From the IMG/VR virus record IMGVR_UViG_2850808358_000009: a stretch of 46,389 bases of DNA, one strand, 5' to 3'. Below the pieces are notes generated by a model that had not been told where the DNA came from, did not search any database, and was given only the letters and a program-made list of their open reading frames with translations. This document shows positions 31,332 to 41,253 of this stretch, in pieces. Source of the DNA: a virus. Taxonomy: Duplodnaviria; Heunggongvirae; Uroviricota; Caudoviricetes. Numbering within the stretch: position 1 is the first letter of the stretch; every line of letters begins with the position of its first letter. Position numbers and translations under genes: made by a program.

Positions 31332-31361
31332 GTTGACGCATTTACAGGTTTGCTTGTATTT
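31332..31361 (+). promoter_or_regulatory. Third operator-like site overlapping a promoter-like TTGACG ... TATTTT (candidate OL/PL)
   Basis: TTTACAGGTTTGCTTGTATT matches the OR operator consensus at 17 of 20 positions; -35-like TTGACG sits just upstream. Confidence 0.4.
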
Positions 31362-31606
31362 TTAATCACAATAAGTAATCGCTCTTTAACAAACTGAACC
31401 GCGTGACAGGTAAGCCGCAGTACTCCTGGCAAAATGAAATGGCACCCGATGGGATCGAGGTAAGCGCCGAGTCCGTATGCGTACGGTAAGCGTAGAGGAC
31501 AACACCGCGACGAGCTGATAAGTCACGCAAGTTGAAACGCCCCGACGATGGGGCGCTTAGTTCCTTTAACTCTGGGCGGCCGGAAGGGTACCCATGCTTA
31601 AAGAAA

Positions 31607-32176
31607 TTACTGGTTGTAAGGATCGTAATCCGTGATTGCCTTCCCCGGATTTTCATCTTCAGAAGGCAGTCGGGCCTCTAAAGCATTTCGGTTGAACAGA
31701 TAGGAAGCCCTACAGTGCGAACAAACCATATTAACGGCTCGCCCAAGGCCTGGCTTAGTAACCAGACCTTCCGCTTGCAATATAGATTTTCTCTTTTGCT
31801 CGTAGCAATTGGGACAAATATAAACCGGAGATTGGTCAGCATCTGCAGAAAGCTTGCTGCGATAGACCAGAGTACCCCGCATAGGCTGGTAAAGTTCATA
31901 GCTCGCCGCTTCAGCGGCCCAGTTCTCTTGCTTTACTTTCTCATTTTCCAGTTCAACAATTTTCTCCTTAGCCGCAATCAGCAGCTCCTGAAGCGACATT
32001 TGCTGCATCTGAACATCCATTAACTTATCGAGTAAGGTGTGCGTCTTCTCTTTAACTGCATAGTCGACAGTCAGATTCTGAATCTCTCTTGCTGCTCCAA
32101 CCGCGCCTTTAATTGCTCCTCCCACGCCGGATAACGATTCAGTTATCCGGGAAAGAATTCCTTTTTCTTCAGACAT
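31607..32176 (-). CDS. Hypothetical coiled-coil protein with C-terminal CxxC...CxxC zinc ribbon (moron-like)
   Basis: 189 aa; opposite strand to the surrounding early operon; CPNC ... CSHC motifs; direct repeats upstream and a weak hairpin downstream. Confidence 0.5.
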   Translation of the reverse strand: MSEEKGILSRITESLSGVGGAIKGAVGAAREIQNLTVDYAVKEKTHTLLDKLMDVQMQQMSLQELLIAAKEKIVELENEKVKQENWAAEAASYELYQPMRGTLVYRSKLSADADQSPVYICPNCYEQKRKSILQAEGLVTKPGLGRAVNMVCSHCRASYLFNRNALEARLPSEDENPGKAITDYDPYNQ

Positions 32177-32315
32177 ATCTAATCTCTCTCAAACTGTAGG
32201 GGTGAAGAGATATTAGACGATTTCTCACTGTAGGGGTACAAGGAGAACCACCTCGCCTGATGTGGTTAAAAGCAGGCACTCGATGATATCCATGTAATTG
32301 CTGTGTGTAGTCTTT

Positions 32316-32342
32316 GCCCGCCGCAAGTGACGGGCTTTTTTA
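32316..32342 (+). terminator. Intrinsic terminator
   Basis: GCCCG ... CGGGC stem followed by T7. Confidence 0.55.
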
Positions 32343-32400
32343 TGTCTGAAAGCGCACTCGCAACAGCGTGCTCCCCGATATGAAAAAAGGAATACAACCG

Positions 32401-32550
32401 ATGAAACCTGAATACCTCCATCGACTGACGGGGCGCGATGTTCTCCGTTATCGCCGTAAAAACTTCGATTTGATGACCGGTCTGGCCGTTGCCACTGCGC
32501 TCGGTCTGATCATCACTTTCATTCTCCTTGTAGCGAGGACCACAGTATGA
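32401..32550 (+). CDS. Small membrane protein (C-terminal TM helix)
   Basis: About 49 aa from the ATG preceded by AAGGA; hydrophobic C-terminus; overlaps the next gene start (ATGA). Confidence 0.45.
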   Translation: MKPEYLHRLTGRDVLRYRRKNFDLMTGLAVATALGLIITFILLVARTTV

Positions 32551-33449
32551 GTTTAGAAACCAGTCTCGAACTTAATAATCAACTTCTGGCACAACATAAT
32601 GCGCTGCTTGAACGTCTTATCCGCACAATGGCATCAGGCATTGTTATGCATCCTGACACGATTTCACGAGTGCAGGAATGTCGGGATACAGCAACTGAAA
32701 CTGAAAATATGTCAGCGGCAATGACACTGGATGATCTGGAGTTCAGCGACGTTATCGCACTGGCTGGTTTCTACCCGGTAGCCACCCCTATCACAGAAGA
32801 CATGCTGCAACGTGCTGTTGCCTACCGTGATGCTGAAGGCGATAAACGAGTTGTTCAGATTGATGCTCTCGACAGCGCATTGCAGGGCGTCAAACGAGCC
32901 AGGGCGCTGCTTAAACCTGCTCTCCTGGACCTGTCCCGTAACATCCTTAAGTTCTGGGACGACCTGCCAACCGTCGGCGAGCGACGTGCTTTTGCCGAGC
33001 AGCTACTTGATGCACCTGCGGATGGGCGTGATGAAGTTAAGCCGAAAAAGGCCAGTAACAAGGATGGAGAACGCACGGGGCCGTTTTACGTCAAAAATGT
33101 ATCCGGCACAGCAGCCAGTGAACTCCACACCTTACGCAAGTTGAACGAGATGCTGAAAAAAGGCCATATCGAGATCAACCGTGTTGAGTACCTTCAGCTG
33201 CAGGAAGAATTTGCACGAAGAGACGCAGCAAATTCCAGCCAGAATAATGACGCCAAAGATGACCATACAATTGATTTCGCGGCACTACGCAAACAAGCTG
33301 AAGGGTTGATCCTCCAGTTAGCAAAAGGGGGCTACCGGGCAGAAGCTATTGCAATTCTGGAAAAACAGGGAGCCAGGAAACTTGGTGAAGTAACGGATGA
33401 AAATCTCGCTGAAGTAATCACCCTGGCTGAAAAAGCACTGGAGGGTTAA
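32547..33449 (+). CDS. Hypothetical protein of the PolA module
   Basis: 300 aa ORF translationally coupled to neighbours. Confidence 0.45.
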   Translation: MSLETSLELNNQLLAQHNALLERLIRTMASGIVMHPDTISRVQECRDTATETENMSAAMTLDDLEFSDVIALAGFYPVATPITEDMLQRAVAYRDAEGDKRVVQIDALDSALQGVKRARALLKPALLDLSRNILKFWDDLPTVGERRAFAEQLLDAPADGRDEVKPKKASNKDGERTGPFYVKNVSGTAASELHTLRKLNEMLKKGHIEINRVEYLQLQEEFARRDAANSSQNNDAKDDHTIDFAALRKQAEGLILQLAKGGYRAEAIAILEKQGARKLGEVTDENLAEVITLAEKALEG

Positions 33450-33451
33450 TC

Positions 33452-34753
33452 ATGCCAGACGTTCACGCACAACTTTCTCCATCATCAGCGCATCGATGGA
33501 TGCGCTGCCCAGGAAGTCTGGCGCTGGAGGCCACACAACCGGATAAAGAAACAACTTTTGCAATCGAGGGCACTGCAGCGCACGCGCTTGCTGAAAAAGT
33601 TCTACGAAACAGGCAAACCCACCCGGAACACTACGCCGGATGCAATGTTTCTATGTTTCTCGGCTCATACCCCCTTCGCGAAAATCCTGATGATACATCT
33701 GGCCCACAGGTGGATGATGAAATGGTCGAAGCCGTCGGCCGGTATGTTGATACGGTCTGGACTCTTGCAAAGAATAATGAACTATTGGTTGAACAACGTG
33801 TTGATTTCTCACATATAACGGGTGTGGAAGAATCTTTCGGAACTGCCGACGGCATAATCATCGCTGGTAACGAATTACAAATCCACGACCTGAAATATGG
33901 CAAAGGCGTCCGCATTGATGCAGAACAAAATGAGCAACTACAACTGTATGCTCTGGGTGCGCTTGAACAATTCAGCATGCTGTATGACTTTGAAACTGTA
34001 AGATTATTTATTCACCAACCAAGGCTCAACCACGTTTCAGAATGGTCGTTAACCGTACAGGAACTTCAGTCTTTCGGTGAACGGGCGCTGGAGGCCGCAA
34101 CCAGTGCGATCCTTGTTCTCAATATTGCTGAATGCGAAGGCATTGAGACACTACCGCTGGAAAACTTCATACCTGGAGAAAAACAGTGCCGCTTCTGTAA
34201 AGCAAAAGCTATTTGCACTGCCCAGAAAATGCAGCATTTACAAACAGCGGCCAGCGATTTTGAAGATCTGACAAAGCCTGTCAGCGAAATAATCACCAAT
34301 GCCAGCGCACGTGTACCTCTGTTAACCATTGAGCAGCTTGCAGAGATCTATAGCCAGGCCGACTTTATTGAATCCTGGCTAAAGGCAGTACGGGACCGGG
34401 TTCACAATGAACTCAATGCCGGACATCCGGTACCGGGGTTTAAACTGGTAACAGGAAAACAAGGTAACCGGGCCTGGAGTGACGAAGAGGCAGCTCGCGC
34501 ACTTCTGAAGGATCAGTTCAGGTACAAAACTGAAGAAGTATTCGACTTTAAACTTATTAGTCCCACAAAAGCCGAAAAACTTATCAAAAAGGCCAGTCCG
34601 CGCCGTTGGTCAAAAGTCGAGGCACTGATAACACGAGCTGATGGTAAACCCACCGTCGTTCCCGAGTCAGACCCACGCCCCGCACTCAATATCAACCCTG
34701 TAAATGATTTCGACGACGTATCCGACGATACGCTAACCGCAGACCTCATCTGA
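33452..34753 (+). CDS. DUF2800-like PD-(D/E)XK (RecB/Cas4-like) nuclease
   Basis: 433 aa; N-terminal [14 protein letters not shown] motif and C-terminal Cys cluster ([10 protein letters not shown]) as recalled for DUF2800 proteins of PolA modules. Confidence 0.6.
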   Translation: MPDVHAQLSPSSAHRWMRCPGSLALEATQPDKETTFAIEGTAAHALAEKVLRNRQTHPEHYAGCNVSMFLGSYPLRENPDDTSGPQVDDEMVEAVGRYVDTVWTLAKNNELLVEQRVDFSHITGVEESFGTADGIIIAGNELQIHDLKYGKGVRIDAEQNEQLQLYALGALEQFSMLYDFETVRLFIHQPRLNHVSEWSLTVQELQSFGERALEAATSAILVLNIAECEGIETLPLENFIPGEKQCRFCKAKAICTAQKMQHLQTAASDFEDLTKPVSEIITNASARVPLLTIEQLAEIYSQADFIESWLKAVRDRVHNELNAGHPVPGFKLVTGKQGNRAWSDEEAARALLKDQFRYKTEEVFDFKLISPTKAEKLIKKASPRRWSKVEALITRADGKPTVVPESDPRPALNINPVNDFDDVSDDTLTADLI

Positions 34754-34768
34754 TTTAAGGAAATCCCC

Positions 34769-35317
34769 ATGAAACTGAAGCTGAACAATGTTCGTCTGGC
34801 CTTCCCGTCTCTGTTTGAAGCTAAAACGGTAAACGGCGAAGGCGATCCGCGTTTCTCCGCAGTATTTTTAATGTCTCCCAAACACCCACAACTGGAAGAA
34901 ATCCGTAAAGCTATGAAGCAGGTAGCGAAGGAAAAATGGGGGGAGAAGTGGGAGTCCATTTATAACCAGCTGGAGAAAAAACTCAATCTGTGCCTGCATG
35001 ATGGTGATGAAAAAGCAGAGTATGAAGGCTTTCCCGGCAATTTCTTCCTGAACGCTGCTAACAAAGCGCGCCCAGCTGTTCTTGATCGCGATCGTTCGCC
35101 ACTAATTCAGGCTGATGGACGTCCCTATGCAGGGTGCTATGTAAACGCCGTTATCGATATCTGGGCACAGGACAATAATTTCGGTAAACGCATTAATGCC
35201 TCACTCGGCGGAGTCCAGTTCCTGCGAGACGGCGATGCATTCGCTGGCGGCGGAGTGGCAAGCGCTGACGATTTCGACGATATCAGCGAAGGTGCTGATG
35301 CTGAAGCACTAATTTAA
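34769..35317 (+). CDS. DUF2815-like protein (candidate ssDNA-binding protein)
   Basis: 182 aa with acidic C-terminal tail; position between DUF2800 and the polymerase. Confidence 0.5.
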   Translation: MKLKLNNVRLAFPSLFEAKTVNGEGDPRFSAVFLMSPKHPQLEEIRKAMKQVAKEKWGEKWESIYNQLEKKLNLCLHDGDEKAEYEGFPGNFFLNAANKARPAVLDRDRSPLIQADGRPYAGCYVNAVIDIWAQDNNFGKRINASLGGVQFLRDGDAFAGGGVASADDFDDISEGADAEALI

Positions 35318-35392
35318 CCCTTCTTCATAGACGCCCGGTTACACGCCGGGTGTTTTTGCAAAGGGGATGACAACCTTTTGCAAAAGCATACA

Positions 35393-35501
35393 TTGACATC
35401 CGCGATAACCAATGGGTATATTCCGCTTCATGGTGCTCAAAACACCTTTTCTACTAGCGGAAACCGCGCCCGTCAGTCATGCGGATTTTTTATGTCCATG
35501 A
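35393..35501 (+). promoter_or_regulatory. Promoter (TTGACA-N18-TATATT), leaderless micro-ORF and hairpin plus T6, upstream of Bro-N paralog 1
   Basis: Near-consensus sigma-70 hexamers; ATG within a few nt of the predicted start site; 23-codon ORF (about 35430..35501); GCGG-aaa-CCGC and a second small hairpin before T6. Conserved in copy 2. Confidence 0.5.
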
Positions 35502-35643
35502 TATTGAGAATTCAATGGTCGGGCGTGCGGCTAATACAACACCCTTCCGAAGGGAAATACGCCCGCCGACTAGTAGCGGTTTTGAGCGCCCGACCACCCT
35601 CTCAAAAAGGGTAAATTCAAAATATCTACTAGGGCATAAAACC

Positions 35644-36417
35644 ATGAGTACCCAACTCGTATTCAAATCCCACATTCTCGAAACGATCGAACATAACGGC
35701 AAATCTTGGTTCACCGCTGCCACTCTGGCGACCGCGCTGGAATACTCACGAACGGACTCAGTCGCTCGTATTTATGACCGTAATCGGGATGAGTTTTCAG
35801 TTGAAATGACAACGACCGTCAAATTGACGGTCGTTAGGAAAACCGGCTCCGTCCAAATGAATAACCGCATTTTCTCTCTACGCGGTGCTCACCTGGTAGC
35901 GATGTTCGCAACAACGCCAGTAGCAAAAGAATTTCGCCGTTGGGTGCTTGATCTTATAGAGAAAGAAACCGCTATTCCGCAGTCCTCCACGGTACTGGCG
36001 CCGCACAGGGAGTGTCTGCCGAAAATGGTTTACCACCACAGTAGCAAATACAACCCGTACAGAGCCTACGCATGGAACGGAGAGAAGAACGTTTACGTCG
36101 GGTGCTATCCAACCGTGGATGAGGCTGTCGCTGCGCAGAAGGACTTTTACCGGAACGGCAGCACAAAGCGTATTCAGAAAGTGCAGACAGCAATCAATGA
36201 CGCAGAGAAGGAAATGTTCATCAACAATCTCCGCGCCATCTGTCATAACTTCCGGCGCATCAATGAAATCTGGCGCTCGCAGTTAATGCCTGCCCTCGAA
36301 AAAATGGATTCGAAACTGGTTTACCAGTTGCATGATCGTTTCAGCGACAGCATGTGTGCTCTGCCGACCATAGAAGACCGCATCGGCAGATATATTCCAC
36401 CCACTTTACCTCGTTAA
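35644..36417 (+). CDS. Bro-N domain protein (antirepressor-like), paralog 1
   Basis: 258 aa; N-terminal Bro-N-like region; C-terminal two-thirds nearly identical to 39654..40430; start moved to the internal ATG. Confidence 0.65.
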   Translation: MSTQLVFKSHILETIEHNGKSWFTAATLATALEYSRTDSVARIYDRNRDEFSVEMTTTVKLTVVRKTGSVQMNNRIFSLRGAHLVAMFATTPVAKEFRRWVLDLIEKETAIPQSSTVLAPHRECLPKMVYHHSSKYNPYRAYAWNGEKNVYVGCYPTVDEAVAAQKDFYRNGSTKRIQKVQTAINDAEKEMFINNLRAICHNFRRINEIWRSQLMPALEKMDSKLVYQLHDRFSDSMCALPTIEDRIGRYIPPTLPR

Positions 36418-36483
36418 TCATTCAATCCGCCCCTGCTCAGCCAGGGGCTTTTTGTCACCGTTTAGTCCACGGAGGACACTGTC

Positions 36484-39411
36484 TTGTCTGAAAACATTCT
36501 ATGGGGCGACCTGGAAACCTATTGCGAAATCCCTATTACGAACGGTACCCATGCGTATGCCGAAGGCGTTGAAGTGATGCTGTTCGCATGGGCTATCAAC
36601 GACGGGCCCGTAAACGTGTGGGATATCACTGCCGGTGGTGGTATTCCACACGGCTTATACGAAGCAATCGCAGCCCCTGAGACCCTGCTTTATTTTCATA
36701 ACTCTCACTTCGACCGCACCGTCCTGCGTTATGCAATGCCGCGACTGGCACCGCCAGTCGAACGTTGGCGCGACACAATGGTGCAGGCGCTGGCGCACGG
36801 CCTCCCGGGGTCTCTGGGGGAACTCTGCGAAATACTCGGCGTCCCGCAAGACAAAGCGAAGGACAAAGAAGGTAAAGCGCTGATCCAGCTGTTCTGTAAG
36901 CCACGCCCGAAAAACAGCAAACTGCGTCGGGCCACCAGTAAAACCCACCCAGAAGAATGGCGGCGCTTTGTTGCTTACGCCGGGCTGGATATCGAGGCAA
37001 TGCGCGAAGTCTATAAACGTCTGCCGAAGTGGAATTATCAGGGGACAGAACTGGCGCTCTGGCATCGTGATCAGCAGATCAACGACCGGGGCGTCTGCAT
37101 GGACATTCAACTCGCGCGCGCTGCGATCGAAGCGGTAGACCAGGAGCAAAAGCGCCTGGCAAAGCGTACACAGGAAATGACTGATGGCGAAGTGCAGGCA
37201 GCCACACAACGGGACGCGTTGATTAAGCACATCGTTGAATCCTACGGTGTGGAGCTACCAGACATGCAACGCAGTACCCTGGAACGTCGTATAGCCGACC
37301 CCGATTTACCATCTGCCGTGAAAGAACTGCTGGCTATCCGCCAGCAAGCCAGTACTACCAGCACCAGTAAATACAAGGCACTGATGAAAGGCGTAAGCCA
37401 CGACGGGCGCTTACGCGGTACGCTACAGTTCTGCGGGGCGTCACGTACCGGGCGCTGGGCCGGACGGCTATTCCAGCCCCAGAATCTTCCCCGCCCTTCA
37501 CTAAAACAGGAACAAATAGACGAAGGCATCGAAGCACTGAAAGCCGGATGTGCAGACCTGCTGTTTGACAATATCATGGAACTAACCAGTTCAGCGTTAC
37601 GTGGCTGCATTATCGCGCCAACAGGTAAAAAACTGGTGGTAAGTGACTTGTCGAACATTGAAGGCCGTATGCTGGCATGGCTGGCGGGAGAAGAATGGAA
37701 ACTGAATGCATTCAGAGAGTACGACGCCGGAACGGGTCCGGACTTATATAAACTGGCGTATGCAAAAGCTTACGGAATTGAAGTTGAGCGCGTCACCAAA
37801 GACCAGCGCCAGATAGGTAAAGTGCTGGAATTGGCTTGCATAGCTCCGGATACTTTAGTGCTCACCGATAAAGGCTATAAGCCGCTTGTTAGTATTTCGG
37901 GCGCGGATTTGTTATGGGACGGAGAAGAATGGGTAAAACACGAAGGACTGATTTACAGGGGGTACAAAGCCTTAATATCACTGGACGGAGCAAAAATGAC
38001 CCCGGATCACCAGGTGCTAACCCCTACTGGATGGAAGCTGGCAAACCTTATCGCTTTAAACAAAAATACGCTTCACCAAAGCCTGGAACTTGCTTCGGAG
38101 AACTTACCGTTATCAAAGAACTGGAAAAAGTACCCGGAAAAGACCGAAGGATACTTGTCAAATGCAAATGTGGTGCAATGCCTCACACCGCAACAATCAG
38201 CAATCTCCTTAAAGGGAAAAGTACCCGATGTAACATTTGCGCAAAGAAAAAGCATAACGAGTATCGTAAAAAATTCTTATGCTATGCGGATGCTATTGCA
38301 GATGACGAAACCCGTCGCAGGCTACTTAACCGATTGTCTGCCGCAATCAGCCGTTGCCATAAACCCACCAACAGGTTGTTTCACAACTACGGCGGTCGGG
38401 GGATCTACGTTTGTCAGCTATGGCAGGAAGATAAAAGAGCTTTTTTGCTACACGTCAGGGAAATCAAAGGGTTTAATGACCCAAAGTTGGAAATGGATCG
38501 CATCGACAATAACAAAGGCTACGAACCGGGTAATATCCAGTTCGTCTCCAAAGCAGACAATAACCGCAACAGAAGAAAAATCGCAGACCTGCAAAAGCGT
38601 ATCGACGAGCTGGAGCGATGTTTACGACATTGCACATGCGGGGCCTCGAAACAGATTCACGATTAAAACCGACTCAGGACATTTAATCGTTCACAACTGC
38701 GGGTACGGTGGTGGTGTGTCGGCCTTCATCACTTTTGCACTGGTTTACAGTCTCGATCTCGACGAGCTGGCGAACGCCGCACTGCCAAACATTCCCCGCG
38801 ATGTTATCCGCGAGGCGAAAAGCTGGTACTACGAATCGGTTAAACGTAAGTCAACCTACGGCCTTTCTGAACGGGTATTTATCGCCTGCGACTCACTTAA
38901 ACGTCTCTGGCGCAGGGCGCACCCGGCGACCTGCGATTTCTGGTACGAACTGGAGCGCACCGTCCGCACTGCAATCGCCACACCGCAAAAAACATTGTAT
39001 TGCGGTTATCTTAAAATCCGCCGCGATGGCGCGTGGCTGCGCATACAGCTACCATCCGGACGCGCGGTATGCTACCCGTCTCCGGTTATCGAAAAAGGGA
39101 ATATCACCTACATGGGTGTTAACTCTTATTCGCGTAAATGGCAACGACTCAAAACCTACGGCGGAAAGCTGGTAGAGAACGTCACCCAGGCGGCCGCCCG
39201 CGACGTTCTGGCCGGAAACATGCCGCTTATCGAAGATGCCGGTTACAGCATTGTGCTGACGGTACACGATGAAATTATAAGTGAGGCCCCTGACTCACCC
39301 GATTACTCAGCAGAACATGTCAGCCAGTTACTGGCAACCGTTCCTGACTGGGCCACGAGCATTCCACTAAACGCCGGAGGATTCGAATCTTACAGATACC
39401 GGAAAGATTGA
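36484..39411 (+). CDS. Family A DNA polymerase (3'-5' exonuclease plus polymerase domains) containing an intein
   Basis: 975 aa single ORF, TTG start after a GGAGG SD; DLET exonuclease motif near the N-terminus; after removing 37837..38697 the junction reads [21 protein letters not shown], which fits PolA motif B. Confidence 0.75.
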   Translation: MSENILWGDLETYCEIPITNGTHAYAEGVEVMLFAWAINDGPVNVWDITAGGGIPHGLYEAIAAPETLLYFHNSHFDRTVLRYAMPRLAPPVERWRDTMVQALAHGLPGSLGELCEILGVPQDKAKDKEGKALIQLFCKPRPKNSKLRRATSKTHPEEWRRFVAYAGLDIEAMREVYKRLPKWNYQGTELALWHRDQQINDRGVCMDIQLARAAIEAVDQEQKRLAKRTQEMTDGEVQAATQRDALIKHIVESYGVELPDMQRSTLERRIADPDLPSAVKELLAIRQQASTTSTSKYKALMKGVSHDGRLRGTLQFCGASRTGRWAGRLFQPQNLPRPSLKQEQIDEGIEALKAGCADLLFDNIMELTSSALRGCIIAPTGKKLVVSDLSNIEGRMLAWLAGEEWKLNAFREYDAGTGPDLYKLAYAKAYGIEVERVTKDQRQIGKVLELACIAPDTLVLTDKGYKPLVSISGADLLWDGEEWVKHEGLIYRGYKALISLDGAKMTPDHQVLTPTGWKLANLIALNKNTLHQSLELASENLPLSKNWKKYPEKTEGYLSNANVVQCLTPQQSAISLKGKVPDVTFAQRKSITSIVKNSYAMRMLLQMTKPVAGYLTDCLPQSAVAINPPTGCFTTTAVGGSTFVSYGRKIKELFCYTSGKSKGLMTQSWKWIASTITKATNRVISSSSPKQTITATEEKSQTCKSVSTSWSDVYDIAHAGPRNRFTIKTDSGHLIVHNCGYGGGVSAFITFALVYSLDLDELANAALPNIPRDVIREAKSWYYESVKRKSTYGLSERVFIACDSLKRLWRRAHPATCDFWYELERTVRTAIATPQKTLYCGYLKIRRDGAWLRIQLPSGRAVCYPSPVIEKGNITYMGVNSYSRKWQRLKTYGGKLVENVTQAAARDVLAGNMPLIEDAGYSIVLTVHDEIISEAPDSPDYSAEHVSQLLATVPDWATSIPLNAGGFESYRYRKD
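37837..38697 (+). other. Intein within polymerase motif B (Cys-initiated, ends His-Asn, next extein residue Cys)
   Basis: Starts [17 protein letters not shown] with a TPDHQVLT block-B-like motif; ends [27 protein letters not shown] followed by C; 287 codons in the polymerase frame. Confidence 0.7.
37914..38666 (+). CDS. HNH-type homing endonuclease in the -1 frame relative to the polymerase, nested inside the intein
   Basis: Zinc-binding FGELTVIKE...CKCG...CNICAKK region and an HNH-like motif [27 protein letters not shown]. The protein-like part spans roughly 38073..38613; true start unknown. Confidence 0.6.
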   Translation: MGRRRMGKTRRTDLQGVQSLNITGRSKNDPGSPGANPYWMEAGKPYRFKQKYASPKPGTCFGELTVIKELEKVPGKDRRILVKCKCGAMPHTATISNLLKGKSTRCNICAKKKHNEYRKKFLCYADAIADDETRRRLLNRLSAAISRCHKPTNRLFHNYGGRGIYVCQLWQEDKRAFLLHVREIKGFNDPKLEMDRIDNNKGYEPGNIQFVSKADNNRNRRKIADLQKRIDELERCLRHCTCGASKQIHD

Positions 39412-39531
39412 CATCCGCGATGACCAATAGGTATATTCCGCTTCATGGTGCTGAACACACCTATACAAGCGGAAACCGCGCCCGTCAGTCATGCGGATTT
39501 TTTATGTCCATTTTCAGATATGGTCGGGTAG
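39408..39531 (+). promoter_or_regulatory. Second copy of the promoter / leaderless micro-ORF / terminator element, upstream of Bro-N paralog 2
   Basis: Same TTGACA-N18-TATATT and hairpin plus T6. The polymerase stop codon TGA lies inside the -35 hexamer. Micro-ORF about 39445..39531 (28 codons) differs from copy 1 by a frame-preserving 3-nt indel. Confidence 0.5.
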
Positions 39532-39653
39532 CGCGTATACCGAAAAACAGCCGAAAGGCTAAGGATACGGGCCGTTCTTGTATGCGGTGTTCAAGTACCT
39601 GACCGCCCTGCTGAACACAGGGATTCTGAACAAAAATACAAGGACATAAAACT

Positions 39654-40430
39654 ATGAGTACTCAACCCGTATTCAAATCCCACGTTCTCGAAACGATCGA
39701 ACACAACGGTAAGCAGTGGTTCACCGCCGCGACTTTGGCTACTGCACTGGAATATTCGCGCGGCGATAAAATCACCCAGATATACAACCGCAACTCGGAT
39801 GAGTTTACTCCTTGCATGTCAATCAACCTCAAAATGAGGTTCAACGGGATCAACAATAGCTTACGAGAAAAAGATGTGCGTATTTTCTCCCTACGCGGTG
39901 CCCACCTGGTAGCGATGTTCGCAACAACGCCGGTAGCAAAAGAATTTCGCCGTTGGGTGCTTGATCTTATAGAGAAAGAAACCGCTATTCCGCAGTCCTC
40001 CACGGTACTGGCGCCGCACAGGGAGTGTCTGCCGAAGATGGTTTACCATCACCGGAGCAAATACAACCCGTACAGAGCCTACGCATGGAACGGAGAGAAA
40101 AGCGTTTACGTAGGGTGTTATCCATCCGTGGATGAGGCTGTCGCTGCCCAGGAACGCTTCTACCGGAATGGCAGCACGAAACGCATTCAGAAAGCACAGA
40201 CCGGAATCAGTGACGCAGAAAAGGAAATGTTCATCAACAATCTCCGCGCCGTCTGTCATAACTTCCGACGTATTAATGAAATCTGGCGAGCGCAGTTAAT
40301 GCCTGCTCTCGAAAAAATGGATTCGAAACTGGTCTACAAACTGCATGACCGCTTTAACGACAGCATGTGCATTCTGCCGACCATAGAAGACCGCATCGGC
40401 AGATATATTCCACCAGAGTTACCCCGTTAA
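39654..40430 (+). CDS. Bro-N domain protein (antirepressor-like), paralog 2
   Basis: 258 aa, highly similar to 35644..36417 outside a divergent segment after the Bro-N domain. Confidence 0.65.
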   Translation: MSTQPVFKSHVLETIEHNGKQWFTAATLATALEYSRGDKITQIYNRNSDEFTPCMSINLKMRFNGINNSLREKDVRIFSLRGAHLVAMFATTPVAKEFRRWVLDLIEKETAIPQSSTVLAPHRECLPKMVYHHRSKYNPYRAYAWNGEKSVYVGCYPSVDEAVAAQERFYRNGSTKRIQKAQTGISDAEKEMFINNLRAVCHNFRRINEIWRAQLMPALEKMDSKLVYKLHDRFNDSMCILPTIEDRIGRYIPPELPR

Positions 40431-40482
40431 TCCTTCAATTCGCCCCTGCTCAGTCAGGGGCTTTTTACAGGACTCGAAAGCT

Positions 40483-40698
40483 ATGTCATTTAAATATCGG
40501 GACAGCCCACTTTATTACCGGGCTGCGAGGGAGGCCTTGCGCCTTGAGCAGTCCGGCGAATATGACCGGGCAGCGAAGGCCTGGGCAAAAGCCAACCGCG
40601 AATCACATCACGAACTGAATCAGGAATGGAGTGAACGCAGATCTGATTTTTGCCTGATGCAGAATATGCGTGAAAAGCGTAAGGCGGTCGAAGAATGA
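40483..40698 (+). CDS. Small helical protein (ANR-like)
   Basis: 71 aa ORF; family assignment tentative. Confidence 0.4.
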   Translation: MSFKYRDSPLYYRAAREALRLEQSGEYDRAAKAWAKANRESHHELNQEWSERRSDFCLMQNMREKRKAVEE

Positions 40699-40994
40699 TC
40701 GTTTACGTTGCCGGGCCGATGAGCGGTTACGAGCAATTTAACCGCCCGGCTTTTCATTCCGCAGCAAAGAGGCTAACGGACAAGGGATATGTTGTGCTTA
40801 ACCCCGCAACTTTACCCAATGGTTTGACACAGGCTCAGTATATGGACATCTGCCTCGCAATGCTTCGCTGTGCCGATACGATTTATATGCTCAAAGAGTG
40901 GGAGTACTCTGCTGGCGCACGTGCAGAAAACGCGTTGGCAGAGAAACTGGAATTGAATGTGCTTTTTGAAGAGTGGGATTCAGATGGCCTATGA
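40695..40994 (+). CDS. DUF4406-like (nucleoside 2-deoxyribosyltransferase-like) protein
   Basis: 99 aa; N-terminal MIVYVAGPMSG motif typical of this family as recalled. Confidence 0.5.
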   Translation: MIVYVAGPMSGYEQFNRPAFHSAAKRLTDKGYVVLNPATLPNGLTQAQYMDICLAMLRCADTIYMLKEWEYSAGARAENALAEKLELNVLFEEWDSDGL

Positions 40995-41253
40995 ACGTGA
41001 AAGCCTTATCGAAAAGCACCTCGTCGCTGAAGTGAAAAAAGCTGGCGGAGTGGCCTTTAAGTTTGTATCTCCCGGTCACCGCTCGGTACCGGATCGCATT
41101 GTCCTGCTACCAGGTGGTCGTATCGTTTTCGTTGAATGTAAATCTCCCGGCAAGCCACCACGGCCTGACCAATTGCGCGAACATGAACGTCTGCGAAAAC
41201 TGGGCTTTACCGTAGTGGTGCTGGATAGCAAAAATCTGGAGGGAATATTGTGA
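40984..41253 (+). CDS. VRR-NUC domain nuclease
   Basis: About 89 aa from the internal ATG; PDRIVLLPGGRIVFVECKSPGKPPRPDQ resembles the VRR-NUC core. Confidence 0.6.
   Translation: MAYERESLIEKHLVAEVKKAGGVAFKFVSPGHRSVPDRIVLLPGGRIVFVECKSPGKPPRPDQLREHERLRKLGFTVVVLDSKNLEGIL

Noticed and set aside
31715-32023. 102-aa plus-strand ORF overlapping the 189-aa minus-strand gene
   Set aside because: Low-complexity translation; the antisense 189-aa ORF has protein-like composition and zinc-ribbon motifs, so the minus-strand gene is preferred.
35378-35614. 78-aa plus-strand ORF (and its counterpart 39408..39602) spanning the Bro-N upstream element
   Set aside because: It runs through the promoter hexamers and terminator hairpin and its translation is low-complexity; the conserved signal there is better explained by the regulatory element and micro-ORF.
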